Source of the DNA: Candidatus Methanomethylophilaceae archaeon | Lineage (GTDB): Archaea; Thermoplasmatota; Thermoplasmata; Methanomassiliicoccales; Methanomethylophilaceae | Assembly (NCBI GenBank): GCA_050944155.1 | Contig: JBMNQN010000002.1 | Span: 1 to 64,000 of the forward strand | Direction: 5' to 3' | Length of the DNA stretch: 64,000 nucleotides | Shown: one piece after another, positions 50,893 through 63,016 of the stretch | Numbering within the stretch: position 1 is the first letter of the stretch | Layout: each line of letters starts with the position of its first letter | Notes under the pieces: generated by a model | What the model was told of the DNA's origin: nothing | Databases searched by the model: none | The model's input: the letters and a program-made list of their open reading frames with translations, nothing else | Translations under genes and position numbers: made by a program

Positions 50893-51941
50893 AATCCCCT
50901 CGCAATCTGATCCGCTATTACCAGAGCCGTAACCGATTCGACCGCAACGGCCGCTCTCGGCACTATGCACGGGTCGTGCCTTCCTCTGACTCTTATTTTC
51001 ACTTCCTCCATGGTCCTCATGTCGACGGTTTTCTGCAGCCGGTCTATGGACGGCGTGGGTTTGAAAACCGCACGGAAAACCAGGGGGGCGCCGTCGCTCA
51101 TTCCTCCGACAATTCCGCCCATGTTGTTGGAAGAAGTTTTGATTCCGTTGTCAAAGTAATATTGATCGTTGCTTTCGGAGCCTCTCATTCCGGCCATTCC
51201 GAATCCCTTTCCGAATTCGATTCCTTTGCAGCCCGGAACGCTGAGAACGGCATGTGCCAGTTCCGAATCCAGAGCTTCGAACCAAAGCCCGCCGAAACCT
51301 ACGGGAAGTCCGACCGTTATGCATTCCACGACTCCGCCCACGCTGTCTTCGGAACCGGCGGTGTCTTCGATGGCCCCTCTCATTTTTACGTCCAGTTCTT
51401 CCGTGCAGGAGCGGGTTACGTATTTTTCCGACTCCAAAGCCTCTTCGTAACTTCTTTCTTCAACGTCGGTAACGTCTCCGATGGATTTGGAAAAGGAAGC
51501 CGTCGAGATTCCGTGTTCGGAAACGAACTGTCTGGCTATGCTGCCTCCGGCGACTATCGCCGCAGTCATCCTTCCCGAAAATATACCTCCGCCAAGATAG
51601 TCCGAGCCTTTTACGTACGCGGGAAGGTCCGCGTGTCCGGGGCGGGGCGTGAATTCGTAGGCGGAATAATCCGAACCTCTTGCGTCGGTGTTTGCGATTT
51701 TTATCATAAGAGGCATGCCGTCCGTCTTTCCGTTCCTTATTCCGGAAACGAACTCGGGCATGTCGGGTTCGAGACGGCCGGTACCGATTCCTTCTGACGG
51801 TCTTCGCAGATCCATGTATTTGGAAACGGATCCGAAATCGATTTCCATTCCGGCGGGAAGTCCTTCCAAAATACACCCGACCGAATTGCCGTGACTGCTG
51901 CCGAAGAGCGAAAATACTATTTTTTTACCCAGACGGAACAC
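50889..51941 (-). CDS. aroC: Chorismate synthase
   Basis: RPGHAD, DSVGG, FKPTPSI, GRHDPC. Confidence 0.95.
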   Translation of the reverse strand: MFRLGKKIVFSLFGSSHGNSVGCILEGLPAGMEIDFGSVSKYMDLRRPSEGIGTGRLEPDMPEFVSGIRNGKTDGMPLMIKIANTDARGSDYSAYEFTPRPGHADLPAYVKGSDYLGGGIFSGRMTAAIVAGGSIARQFVSEHGISTASFSKSIGDVTDVEERSYEEALESEKYVTRSCTEELDVKMRGAIEDTAGSEDSVGGVVECITVGLPVGFGGLWFEALDSELAHAVLSVPGCKGIEFGKGFGMAGMRGSESNDQYYFDNGIKTSSNNMGGIVGGMSDGAPLVFRAVFKPTPSIDRLQKTVDMRTMEEVKIRVRGRHDPCIVPRAAVAVESVTALVIADQIARGL

Positions 51942-51955
51942 GGATACGGATATCG

Positions 51956-52795
51956 TTACGGGGCTTTTTCACTTTCGCATAATTTTCTGGTTTTTGTTAC
52001 GATAACATCCTTCGATTCGGTTTCTTTCATGAAACTTTCCGCCGTATCCTTTTCCAGAATCACTGCGGTTGCGGGACCGAAACCGGAGATTCCGGCGGCA
52101 AGCGCTCCGTGACGCAGGGCGTTTTCCGCAAAACGGTTATCGAGTCCCAACGTTTCCGCCACGAATCTTCCGTTGAGAGTCAGTGCTTCAAACGGATCGG
52201 TTTCCGCAAGAGCCAGAGCCTTAGCCTGTCCGGCCGCGGCGGCTCTAAGTAGTTCGGGGTTTCTTTCCGCCGTGCGGGGCGGGACGCGAATAACGACGTC
52301 GTATTCCGGAAAATCTCTCAGGAAAATAATCTCGTTGCTTCCGTTGTCGGTCATGACGTACCCTCCGAAATGGCATCCGCAGGCGTCGTCGAAGGCTCCG
52401 GTAACGGAAACTCCCGCACGTCTGGCACACTCTGTTCCGGATTTCAGAAAGGTTATCGGATCCGTACGGAAATTCAGCTCGTCCAGAACGGAAAGAATAA
52501 CCGCGTTGCACACGGAACTGGAGCTTTTGAGCCCCGCCGAAGGAGGTATTTCTGAAGTTACGGAAAGGGTCCAGTTTTCCGGTTCCTTTTCCCCTGCGAT
52601 ACGGTATGCGGCACTCACGCATATTTCGAGAAGTTCGAAAAATCCCGGATTTGTTTTTTCCGTTCCCGCCGTTCTCCCGTTTCCTTTTCTTTCGAAAAGT
52701 GCCTCGGTTTTAAGATCGATACCGATTGTCGCTCCGATTCCGGTGGGAACCGCGTTAAGTACGCTGACGGCACCGAAAGAGACGCCGTATCCCAT
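51956..52795 (-). CDS. aroK: Archaeal GHMP-type shikimate kinase
   Basis: NAVPTG.G, GLKSSS, SVTGAFDDA; start trimmed to 52795. Confidence 0.9.
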   Translation of the reverse strand: MGYGVSFGAVSVLNAVPTGIGATIGIDLKTEALFERKGNGRTAGTEKTNPGFFELLEICVSAAYRIAGEKEPENWTLSVTSEIPPSAGLKSSSSVCNAVILSVLDELNFRTDPITFLKSGTECARRAGVSVTGAFDDACGCHFGGYVMTDNGSNEIIFLRDFPEYDVVIRVPPRTAERNPELLRAAAAGQAKALALAETDPFEALTLNGRFVAETLGLDNRFAENALRHGALAAGISGFGPATAVILEKDTAESFMKETESKDVIVTKTRKLCESEKAP

Positions 52796-53574
52796 CAGAG
52801 GAGTCTCCCGGCTTCCTCCGCGTCGGAGCCGTTTTTGACTATGTCGGCGATGGCAGCCGTTATTTTTTCGGGGTTTCTGTGCTGGAATATGTTTCTTCCT
52901 ATGGACACTCCGGAAGCTCCCGCGGACATGGCACCATATACCATGTCCAGAATATCCCGGTCGGACTCCATTACCGGCCCTCCGGCAACAACCACCGGCA
53001 CGAGGGAAGCTTCGACAACCGTGCGGAAGGAATCCGGATCTCCCGTGTAATCGCATTTGACGACGTCTGCTCCCAGTTCCGAAACCACGCGGACCGCATG
53101 GGCCGCATCTTCCGTTTCGGACGGAGCGTTTCCGCGGACGTACGCCATGCACACGAGGGGCACCCCCCATTCGGAACACTCCTGGGAGACCATACCCAGA
53201 TCGTGAAGCATTTCGGGTTCGCTTTTCGAACCCAGGTTTATGTGCAGCGAAACGGCATCGGCACCGGTTTTTATCGCTTCCCGTACGGAAGAAACCAGAA
53301 CTTTGCAGTCTTCCGTATTGCCGAATTCGGTGGAAGCAGACAGGTGAAGTATAAGACCCAGATCTCTTTCGTGTCCGGGGTAGGCGGAAGCGACCGTGCC
53401 TTTATGCATAAGAATGGCGGTGGCTCCTCCTTCGGCGACGGAACCCACGGTTTTCATTAAATCGTTAAGTCCCTTTACGGGACCGACGGTGACGCCGTGA
53501 TCCAGGGGGACGATGATGTACTTACCCGTATCCCTGTCTCTTATTCTGCCGAGTCTGATGTCCTTTCCCAACAT
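52795..53574 (-). CDS. 2-amino-3,7-dideoxy-D-threo-hept-6-ulosonate synthase (class I aldolase, AroA')
   Basis: GK.IRL.RI, VPLDHG, HLSAST, GADVVK.DYTG, GRNIFQH; heads the aro operon. Confidence 0.85.
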   Translation of the reverse strand: MLGKDIRLGRIRDRDTGKYIIVPLDHGVTVGPVKGLNDLMKTVGSVAEGGATAILMHKGTVASAYPGHERDLGLILHLSASTEFGNTEDCKVLVSSVREAIKTGADAVSLHINLGSKSEPEMLHDLGMVSQECSEWGVPLVCMAYVRGNAPSETEDAAHAVRVVSELGADVVKCDYTGDPDSFRTVVEASLVPVVVAGGPVMESDRDILDMVYGAMSAGASGVSIGRNIFQHRNPEKITAAIADIVKNGSDAEEAGRLL

Positions 53575-53642
53575 AGGTAATTCCGAGCCGAAATAACTTA
53601 GAGCGAAACCTATATAATACTTCTTCAAATTGACTTGGACGT

Positions 53643-53718
53643 GGGCTGGTAGATCAGCTGGCAGATCGCTTGCTTTGCAAGCAAGAAGTCGCGAGTTCAA
53701 ATCTCGCCCAGTCCACCA
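53643..53718 (+). tRNA. tRNA-Ala(UGC), CCA encoded
   Basis: GGGCTGG/CCAGTCC acceptor with G3:U70, CTTGC-TT-TGC-AA-GCAAG. Confidence 0.97.
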
Positions 53719-53721
53719 ATT

Positions 53722-54558
53722 TCAAATCCGATTTCGGCGGCACGTTGCCGTTAAATCCCCGTAAAGTTCCGGTTTTCTTTCGGATATGTAATAATTGTTT
53801 CCCATGATCCCGCCTTTGCGGGCCTTTGCGAGTTTTTCTCCGTCCAGTCCGGCGAGTACGATTTTTTCTTCGGATGAGTAGTCTTCGGCCAAAACTCTCC
53901 CTTTGAAGTCGAGTGCCAGCACTCCGCCTCCGGCAACACCCTCGGTTTCTCTGCGCAGCATGTTGCATGTAAGAACGTAAACGGTATCGTCCGAGGCACG
54001 GGTCGGAAGATATTTTCCCCAGATCTCCCTGCGGCTGTTTCCCCCGGGTCCCGACGCATAAGGTATCAGAACGATGTCGGCTCCTTTGACCGCGAGTATC
54101 CTGGTTATTTCGGGAAATCTGGATTCCCAGCAGAGGCATATTCCCGTTTTTCCGAACGAGGTATCGAACACTGGTATCGTGTTTCCGGCTTCGAAATAGT
54201 TTCTTTCGTTATGACCCAGATGTGTTTTTCTGTACTTTCCGACGATACTCCCGTTTTCCGCCAGAACGTGCGTTATGTATTTTTTCCCGCCGTCTTTTTC
54301 GACGAATCCCGCGGAGACGCATATGCCGTATTTTTTACTGATACCGCATATTCTTTTCACGGAAAGACCGTCCGCCGTTTCCGCGCATTCCGCAGCTTCG
54401 GGCAGAACGTAACCGGTTACGGAAAGTTCCGGAAAACATATCAGACGGGCTCTCCTGCGGGACGCTTCGGCGGAGAAGGATTCGATCGAATTCAGGTTAG
54501 CCTCCGTATCCGCAGGAACGGGCAGGAAATTCACCAGGGCCGCCGTAATGCTTTCCAT
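53722..54558 (-). CDS. Carbon-nitrogen hydrolase (nitrilase family)
   Basis: FPELSVTGY, YRKTHL, LCWESRFPE (E-K-C triad). Confidence 0.92.
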   Translation of the reverse strand: MESITAALVNFLPVPADTEANLNSIESFSAEASRRRARLICFPELSVTGYVLPEAAECAETADGLSVKRICGISKKYGICVSAGFVEKDGGKKYITHVLAENGSIVGKYRKTHLGHNERNYFEAGNTIPVFDTSFGKTGICLCWESRFPEITRILAVKGADIVLIPYASGPGGNSRREIWGKYLPTRASDDTVYVLTCNMLRRETEGVAGGGVLALDFKGRVLAEDYSSEEKIVLAGLDGEKLAKARKGGIMGNNYYISERKPELYGDLTATCRRNRI

Positions 54559-54598
54559 GCACCGGAATGCGAAATCCGGCTTATCATGTTACCGCAGG

Positions 54599-56368
54599 TC
54601 AGTTGAAGTCGCCCACGACGGCCTTTATTCTTCTCACTCCGGCCGCGGAACTTTCTTCCTTCGTAATTTTGAACCCTTTGAGTTCTCCGGTGTGTTTAAC
54701 GTGGGGTCCCCCGCAGATTTCGCAGGAAACGTCTCCTATGGAGTACACTTTCACGCGTTCGCCGTATTTATCCTGGAACACGCCTATGACGTTTCTTTCC
54801 TTGGCATCTTCGTAGGCGACTTCCTCGCATACGACGGGAAGGTCCATTCTGATGATTTCGTTGACGTATTCTTCGATTTCTTTGAGTTCTTCGGGAGTGA
54901 CCTTGCGGTCCAGGTTGAAGTCGAATCTGAGTCTTTCGGCTGTGATGTTGCTTCCTTTCTGCTTTATGTCCGGAGATACGATTTTTCTGAGCGCCGCGTT
55001 GAGAAGATGGGTCGCCGTGTGAAGTTTGGTGGTCTCTTCGCTGTGGTCGGCGAGCCCTCCCTTGAATTGATGTTCGGACCCGGCTCTGGAAACGTCCTGA
55101 TGTTCCTTGAAGCGTTTTTCGAAATCCTCCCTGTCGACCTTCAGGCCCTTTTCTTTGGCGAGTTCTTCAGTCAGTTCCACCGGGAAACCGAAGGTATCGT
55201 ACAGTCTGAACACCTGTTCTCCGTCGAGTACCTGCCCTGCCGAACATCCGGAAACGGTTTCTTCGAATCTGCGGAGTCCTTTTCTCAGAGTCCTGACGAA
55301 TTTTTCTTCTTCGGACTTCATTCCGTTTAATATGGCGTCCCGGTTCCTTTCAAGTTCGGGATATGCGGAAGAGTATCCGTCGATTATGACTTCGCAGATG
55401 CTTTCTATGCTGGCTTTTTCGTTTCCGATACGGGACATGTATCTGATTGCTCTGCGTATGAGTCTTCTGAGAATGTATCCCTGGCCCATTTTCGACGGAA
55501 CCACTCCGTCTCCCATTATGAAAACGGCCGCTCTCACGTGATCGGCGATTATTCTGAACGAGCGGACGTCGTCTTCGTACGATCCGCCGGTGATTTTTTC
55601 GATTTCTTTGATTATATCTTCGAAAAGTTCGGTGTCGTAGACGGTTTCTTTTCCGTTGATTATTCTAAGAACCCTTTCGAGACCCATACCCGTATCGACG
55701 TTTTTCTGGGCCAGAGGGGTGAATTTTCCCTCCGCGTCCTTGAAATACTCCATGAAAACGTTGTTCCAGATTTCGGTGAATTTGCCGCATTTACAGGAAG
55801 GCCCGCAGTCGGGACCACATTTCGGCCTCCCGTCGTCGAAGAATATTTCGGTATCCGGGCCGCAGGGTCCGGTCTGTCCGGCGGGTCCCCACCAGTTGTC
55901 CTTCCTTCCGTAGAAGTAAATCTGTTCTTTGGGTATACCCAGGCTTTCCCAGATTTCGGCGGTTTCGGTGTCTCTGGGAATATCGCCTTCTCCTTCGAAG
56001 GCGGTTACCGAAATCTGGTCAACTCTCAGTTTGAGAACTTCGGTGAGGAATTCGAAACTGTATGTTATGGATTCTTTTTTGAAATAGTCGCCCAGAGACC
56101 AGTTTCCGAGCATCTCGAAGAACGTAAGGTGGCTGGCATCGCCCACTTCGTCTATGTCGCCGGTTCTGATGCATTTCTGATAGTTTACCAGTCTTTTTCC
56201 CTGAGGGTGTTTCTCACCCAGGAGGTAAGGTACCAGAGGGTGCATTCCCGCAGTGGTGAACAGTACGGTCGGATCGTTCTCCGGTACCAGCGATGCGGAC
56301 CGGACAAATGCGTGTCCCCGTTCTTTGAAGAAATCGACGTATGCTTCTCTGAGCTCCTGTGCTTTCAT
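54599..56368 (-). CDS. alaS: Alanyl-tRNA synthetase, short form (589 aa)
   Basis: LFTTAGM, QKCIR, HLTFFEMLGNWS.GDYFK, DTGMGLER, HTATH, CGGPH, GVRRIKA. Confidence 0.95.
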   Translation of the reverse strand: MKAQELREAYVDFFKERGHAFVRSASLVPENDPTVLFTTAGMHPLVPYLLGEKHPQGKRLVNYQKCIRTGDIDEVGDASHLTFFEMLGNWSLGDYFKKESITYSFEFLTEVLKLRVDQISVTAFEGEGDIPRDTETAEIWESLGIPKEQIYFYGRKDNWWGPAGQTGPCGPDTEIFFDDGRPKCGPDCGPSCKCGKFTEIWNNVFMEYFKDAEGKFTPLAQKNVDTGMGLERVLRIINGKETVYDTELFEDIIKEIEKITGGSYEDDVRSFRIIADHVRAAVFIMGDGVVPSKMGQGYILRRLIRRAIRYMSRIGNEKASIESICEVIIDGYSSAYPELERNRDAILNGMKSEEEKFVRTLRKGLRRFEETVSGCSAGQVLDGEQVFRLYDTFGFPVELTEELAKEKGLKVDREDFEKRFKEHQDVSRAGSEHQFKGGLADHSEETTKLHTATHLLNAALRKIVSPDIKQKGSNITAERLRFDFNLDRKVTPEELKEIEEYVNEIIRMDLPVVCEEVAYEDAKERNVIGVFQDKYGERVKVYSIGDVSCEICGGPHVKHTGELKGFKITKEESSAAGVRRIKAVVGDFN

Positions 56369-56421
56369 ATTTACACCGAATGAACGCGTGATGGGCTGGT
56401 CCCATAAAAACAATGGCTTTT

Positions 56422-57690
56422 TCAGGACAGCAGAATGGCTTCCGCCGCGTCCTTTGCGGCTTTTTCCGCCGGGCCCTCCGTCACTGTGACCGCCATGCCT
56501 CTGGAGGAAAGAACGCTCTTGGGCATATGTCCTATTTCGGAAACGGCGACGGCTCTGCAGTCTTTCAGCAGATCCGCCAGATGTCCGATTCTTCCTCTGT
56601 GCCCAGGTCCGGCCGTTTCGGTGTCCCTTTTCACTTCGACGTCTCTGACGAATCTTGCTTTCCTTCCGTCGGAGGCGAATATTCTGAACATCGGAGCGTT
56701 TCCGAATCCGCAGTCGGCGTTTTTCCCGTCGGAAGTGGCCACGGCTACGAATATTTCGTCGGGACGGAGAACGTCCGCGGGCATGGAAACGGGTTCGGAA
56801 GGTTCCGTAGGTCCGCATCCGGAACCGCAGGGTTTCGCGAATTCCGAGGAACGGTCTTCTCCCAGGAGGCCGACGGCGTCGGCGCGGCACTGTTTGCAGT
56901 GCCTCATCACTTTGGCGTATCCCGAGCACTTGTCCATGAGATCCTTCCTTTCTTTGGGAGTCGGTGCTTTTCTTTCCGCAAAAGGAGTTCCTTCGACGGG
57001 TATGAGAGGGAGTATGTTTACGGTGTACGCGCCCAATTTTTTGACTTCTCTTACGAGTTCGGGAATTTCACCGTCGTTGATCCCGGGAATCATAACCGTG
57101 TTGACTTTGACAACCATTCCCAGTCCTGCACAGATTCTGATTCCTTCTTTCTGATTCTCTATGAGACGTTCGGCGGCGGCCTTTCCGGTAAGTCTTTCTC
57201 CTTTCCACCTCACGCTTCCGTAAATCTGTCCCCCGGTCTCCGGATTCAGGGCGTTCATGGTTACGGTTATGAACCTGACGCCCAGACCGTAAAGTTCTTC
57301 CGCCCTTTCCGGAAGAGCCAATCCGTTGGTGGAAACGCAGGCGGTGAGTTCCGGATATCTCTCTTTCATCAGACGGAGGGTTTCGAAAGTTTCCTCGTTC
57401 GCAAGAGGATCGCCGGGTCCGGCTATTCCAAGAACTTTTAGATGGGGTATTTTTTCGAGAACGGTTCCGACTCTGTCCATTGCGGCCTCGGGGGAAAGCA
57501 CCTCGCTGGTGACCCCGGGACGGGATTCGTTGGAGCAGTCGTACTTTCTGTTGCAGTAATTGCACTGTATGTTGCATTTCGGTGCCACGGGAAGATGCAT
57601 TCTCGCAAACTTCGTGTGCGCCTCTTCGCTGTAGCAGGGATGGGTTTCCAATGCGGCTCTGAGTTTCTCTTCCGTGTTCACGTCCTCCAT
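56422..57690 (-). CDS. nifB: NifB radical SAM enzyme with C-terminal NifX-like domain
   Basis: HPC, CNIQCNYC, ESRPG, AGPGDPLAN, CKQCRADAVG; C-terminal VAVATSDG...FG.A..F. Confidence 0.92.
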   Translation of the reverse strand: MEDVNTEEKLRAALETHPCYSEEAHTKFARMHLPVAPKCNIQCNYCNRKYDCSNESRPGVTSEVLSPEAAMDRVGTVLEKIPHLKVLGIAGPGDPLANEETFETLRLMKERYPELTACVSTNGLALPERAEELYGLGVRFITVTMNALNPETGGQIYGSVRWKGERLTGKAAAERLIENQKEGIRICAGLGMVVKVNTVMIPGINDGEIPELVREVKKLGAYTVNILPLIPVEGTPFAERKAPTPKERKDLMDKCSGYAKVMRHCKQCRADAVGLLGEDRSSEFAKPCGSGCGPTEPSEPVSMPADVLRPDEIFVAVATSDGKNADCGFGNAPMFRIFASDGRKARFVRDVEVKRDTETAGPGHRGRIGHLADLLKDCRAVAVSEIGHMPKSVLSSRGMAVTVTEGPAEKAAKDAAEAILLS

Positions 57691-57728
57691 ATCTTCATTT
57701 AATTATTATAAGATAGATATGGGCACTT

Positions 57729-58130
57729 ATGGAAAGAGACGTCCGGTTCATGAAATCGATCATGAGCGACATGAATTCCAATCTCCCCGCGGAGAGGCGC
57801 ACTCTCACGGATTATCTGGAAAACGGGAATCTCTTTTACCGGAACAGAGCGGGAGACACTTTCGGAATAAACCTTTCGGAACTGGAAGATCTCGCGTCTT
57901 TCTGCACCGAACAGGAGAAGTTCGTACTCAGGATTCCGTTAATCATAAGCACGGATGTGTCGGGTGACCGCGGCGCATGGAAAACCGAAGGCGTCGCGGA
58001 AACTTCGGTTCTTTCCAAAATAACGGGGAAAAAGGTTTACGGGAAGAATATCCTGCGTTTGTACCATCCGGATCTGGCGGAGCTGCGCCGCAGATTTCCC
58101 ACGGCGACGGTTATAGCGTTCGTTCCGTAA
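57729..58130 (+). CDS. DUF61/UPF0216-like protein
   Basis: N.NLP..R.TL..L...R.G......EL...LRIP...TATVIAF pattern. Confidence 0.7.
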   Translation: MERDVRFMKSIMSDMNSNLPAERRTLTDYLENGNLFYRNRAGDTFGINLSELEDLASFCTEQEKFVLRIPLIISTDVSGDRGAWKTEGVAETSVLSKITGKKVYGKNILRLYHPDLAELRRRFPTATVIAFVP

Positions 58131-58228
58131 TTTCCGGCACGGAAAAACCGTTCCTTTCGGGAAAAAACGTCCGTCCCGGCATAAGACGGCGGTATCGGTC
58201 CTCGGCCGGGGCCCGTCTTTGCTAAACC

Positions 58229-58264
58229 TATAAATATGAGTGTAGATTAGAGGGAGATGCGCGA
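58229..58264 (+). promoter_or_regulatory. 23S rRNA promoter
   Basis: TATAAATA at 58229; GGAGATGCGCGA at 58253. Confidence 0.7.
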
Positions 58265-58472
58265 TGCAGCCCGCACGGATATGTACCGTGATAGAAAGGG
58301 CGTCGACGAGGTATTATATACCTCCTCGGTAATCCGCAATCCCGCCAGATTCCGGCTTGGAATATGGCTAAATGTAAGATAACGTGCACCCCGGGAGAGG
58401 TCCTCCTTGGGGGAAGTGGCGGAAGGGCCCCGTAAATGGAGGATGAGATCGGATAAGCCCGATGACCGCCGA

Positions 58473-61457
<2,985 letters not shown>

Positions 61458-61742
61458 AAAATTCTCATCCTCATTTCCATTTTATTTCGTTTTTTCCTGC
61501 GGAACAGCGTAAGTTTTCGGTACCGTTTCCGGCAAATCCCGCCGATATTCCGATTATGCGCGCCGCACAGATCCGATTGTTTTTCGCCTGATGCGAATGT
61601 GTTCCCGGGACGGAGACGAACCCGCCTTTTTCGGCCGTTGTTGCATTCGCCGTACACCGTCGGAACGCCGTTTCGGCTCCCGAACGGCACCCGGATTGTT
61701 TCGCGCTATAATGTTAAATAGAGTGACAGAATCAGTTAATTC

Positions 61743-62375
61743 ATGGCGATATTCAGAATCGGTTCCCCCGTTCCCTACGATTCAAATATCTACCTCGTCA
61801 CCGGCGAGCGCACGATGCTGGTGGATACGGGAACCGGAAAGGCATCCGAACCGATTATCGGAAATATCGCGGAAATTCTGAACGGCAGAAAGCTGGATTT
61901 CGTGGTTCTGACCCACGGACATTTCGACCACATCGGCGGCCTGAAAGACATAGTCTCGAAGTTCCGTCCCGAAGTGTCGGCGGGCGCGGCGGATGCGGAA
62001 ACAATACGCAGGGGAGGCAGAGATTCCATCTTCGGAATGACACTGCACCCATGCGAGAACGTAAAAGAACTGTCGGAAAACGACATAATCGACTTGGGCG
62101 ACCGCCGTTTCCGCGTCATAGAGACGCCGGGACACACCGAAGGCTGCATATGTCTGTACGACGACGAATCCGGAGACCTTTTTTCCGGAGACACGGTGTT
62201 CGCCGACGGAATCGGACGTACCGATTTCGAAGGCGGCAGCATAACAAGCCTCAGAGAATCACTGAGAAAGCTTTCGCGGCTGAAGATCAAAGGACTATAT
62301 TCCGGTCACGGTCCCTGCGTCGAAAACGGCGGAGGAGAATCCGTAGCCAGAGGGCTCGTTTATGCCGGAGGATGA
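61743..62375 (+). CDS. Metallo-beta-lactamase-fold hydrolase
   Basis: THGHFDHIGG, TPGHT, SGDT, GHG. Confidence 0.92.
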   Translation: MAIFRIGSPVPYDSNIYLVTGERTMLVDTGTGKASEPIIGNIAEILNGRKLDFVVLTHGHFDHIGGLKDIVSKFRPEVSAGAADAETIRRGGRDSIFGMTLHPCENVKELSENDIIDLGDRRFRVIETPGHTEGCICLYDDESGDLFSGDTVFADGIGRTDFEGGSITSLRESLRKLSRLKIKGLYSGHGPCVENGGGESVARGLVYAGG

Positions 62376-62380
62376 ATCTA

Positions 62381-63016
62381 ATGAACGTATTGAAATGCAA
62401 CCCCAAACAGATTGACGCAGAAACCATGGACGCCATCATGCACGCCGCGGAGGACGTAGCGGCGGGAAAACTGATTGTGTATCCTACGGAAACCGTTTAC
62501 GGCATAGGAGCAGACCCATTCAACCAGAAGGCCGTGAAGAATCTCTACATGGCGAAAAAGAGGCCCTTCGACATGCCTCTTTCGGTCGCGGTTTCCGACA
62601 AGAAAATGATGGAAAAGGTCGCGGTTCTCAACGAAAACGCGGAAAAACTCATAGACACGTTCCTGCCCGGACCTCTCACTATAATAATCAAGAAGAGAGA
62701 GGAAATTCCCGATTTGGTCACTTCGGGTTCGCAGAAGGTCGGACTCAGGATTCCCGAAAACCGGATAGCCCTCGAACTCGTGAAACGCACCGGTCCGATA
62801 ATATCCACTTCGGCAAACCTGCATTCCCATCCCGACGCGGTGGACGTGAATCCGGCAATCAGGGACCTCGGAGACAAAGTATCCACGTATCTCGATGCCG
62901 GACCCTGCACTCTCGGAAAGCCGTCTACGATTGTCTGGCTCAATGCAGGAGAGATCGAAATCGTAAGACAGGGCGCAATAACCAAAGAGCAGATTGAGGA
63001 GGCTCTGCGTTGCTGA
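62381..63016 (+). CDS. sua5: L-threonylcarbamoyladenylate synthase (TsaC-type, single domain)
   Basis: YPTETVYG, K.RP..PL, PGPLT, STSAN, PSTIV. Confidence 0.94.
   Translation: MNVLKCNPKQIDAETMDAIMHAAEDVAAGKLIVYPTETVYGIGADPFNQKAVKNLYMAKKRPFDMPLSVAVSDKKMMEKVAVLNENAEKLIDTFLPGPLTIIIKKREEIPDLVTSGSQKVGLRIPENRIALELVKRTGPIISTSANLHSHPDAVDVNPAIRDLGDKVSTYLDAGPCTLGKPSTIVWLNAGEIEIVRQGAITKEQIEEALRC

Noticed and set aside
54599-56929. Long N-terminal extensions in the ORF track (alaS 776 aa, mtaB 518 aa, aroK 407 aa, sua5 321 aa, mvhD 191 aa, pop5 205 aa)
   Set aside because: The extensions overlap upstream genes in another frame; homology-like sequence and RBS or stop-start overlaps begin at the downstream starts used
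61458-61710. ORFs 61439-61690 and 61591-61881 downstream of 23S
   Set aside because: Low-information sequence overlapping the rRNA trailer and the MBL promoter; no motifs
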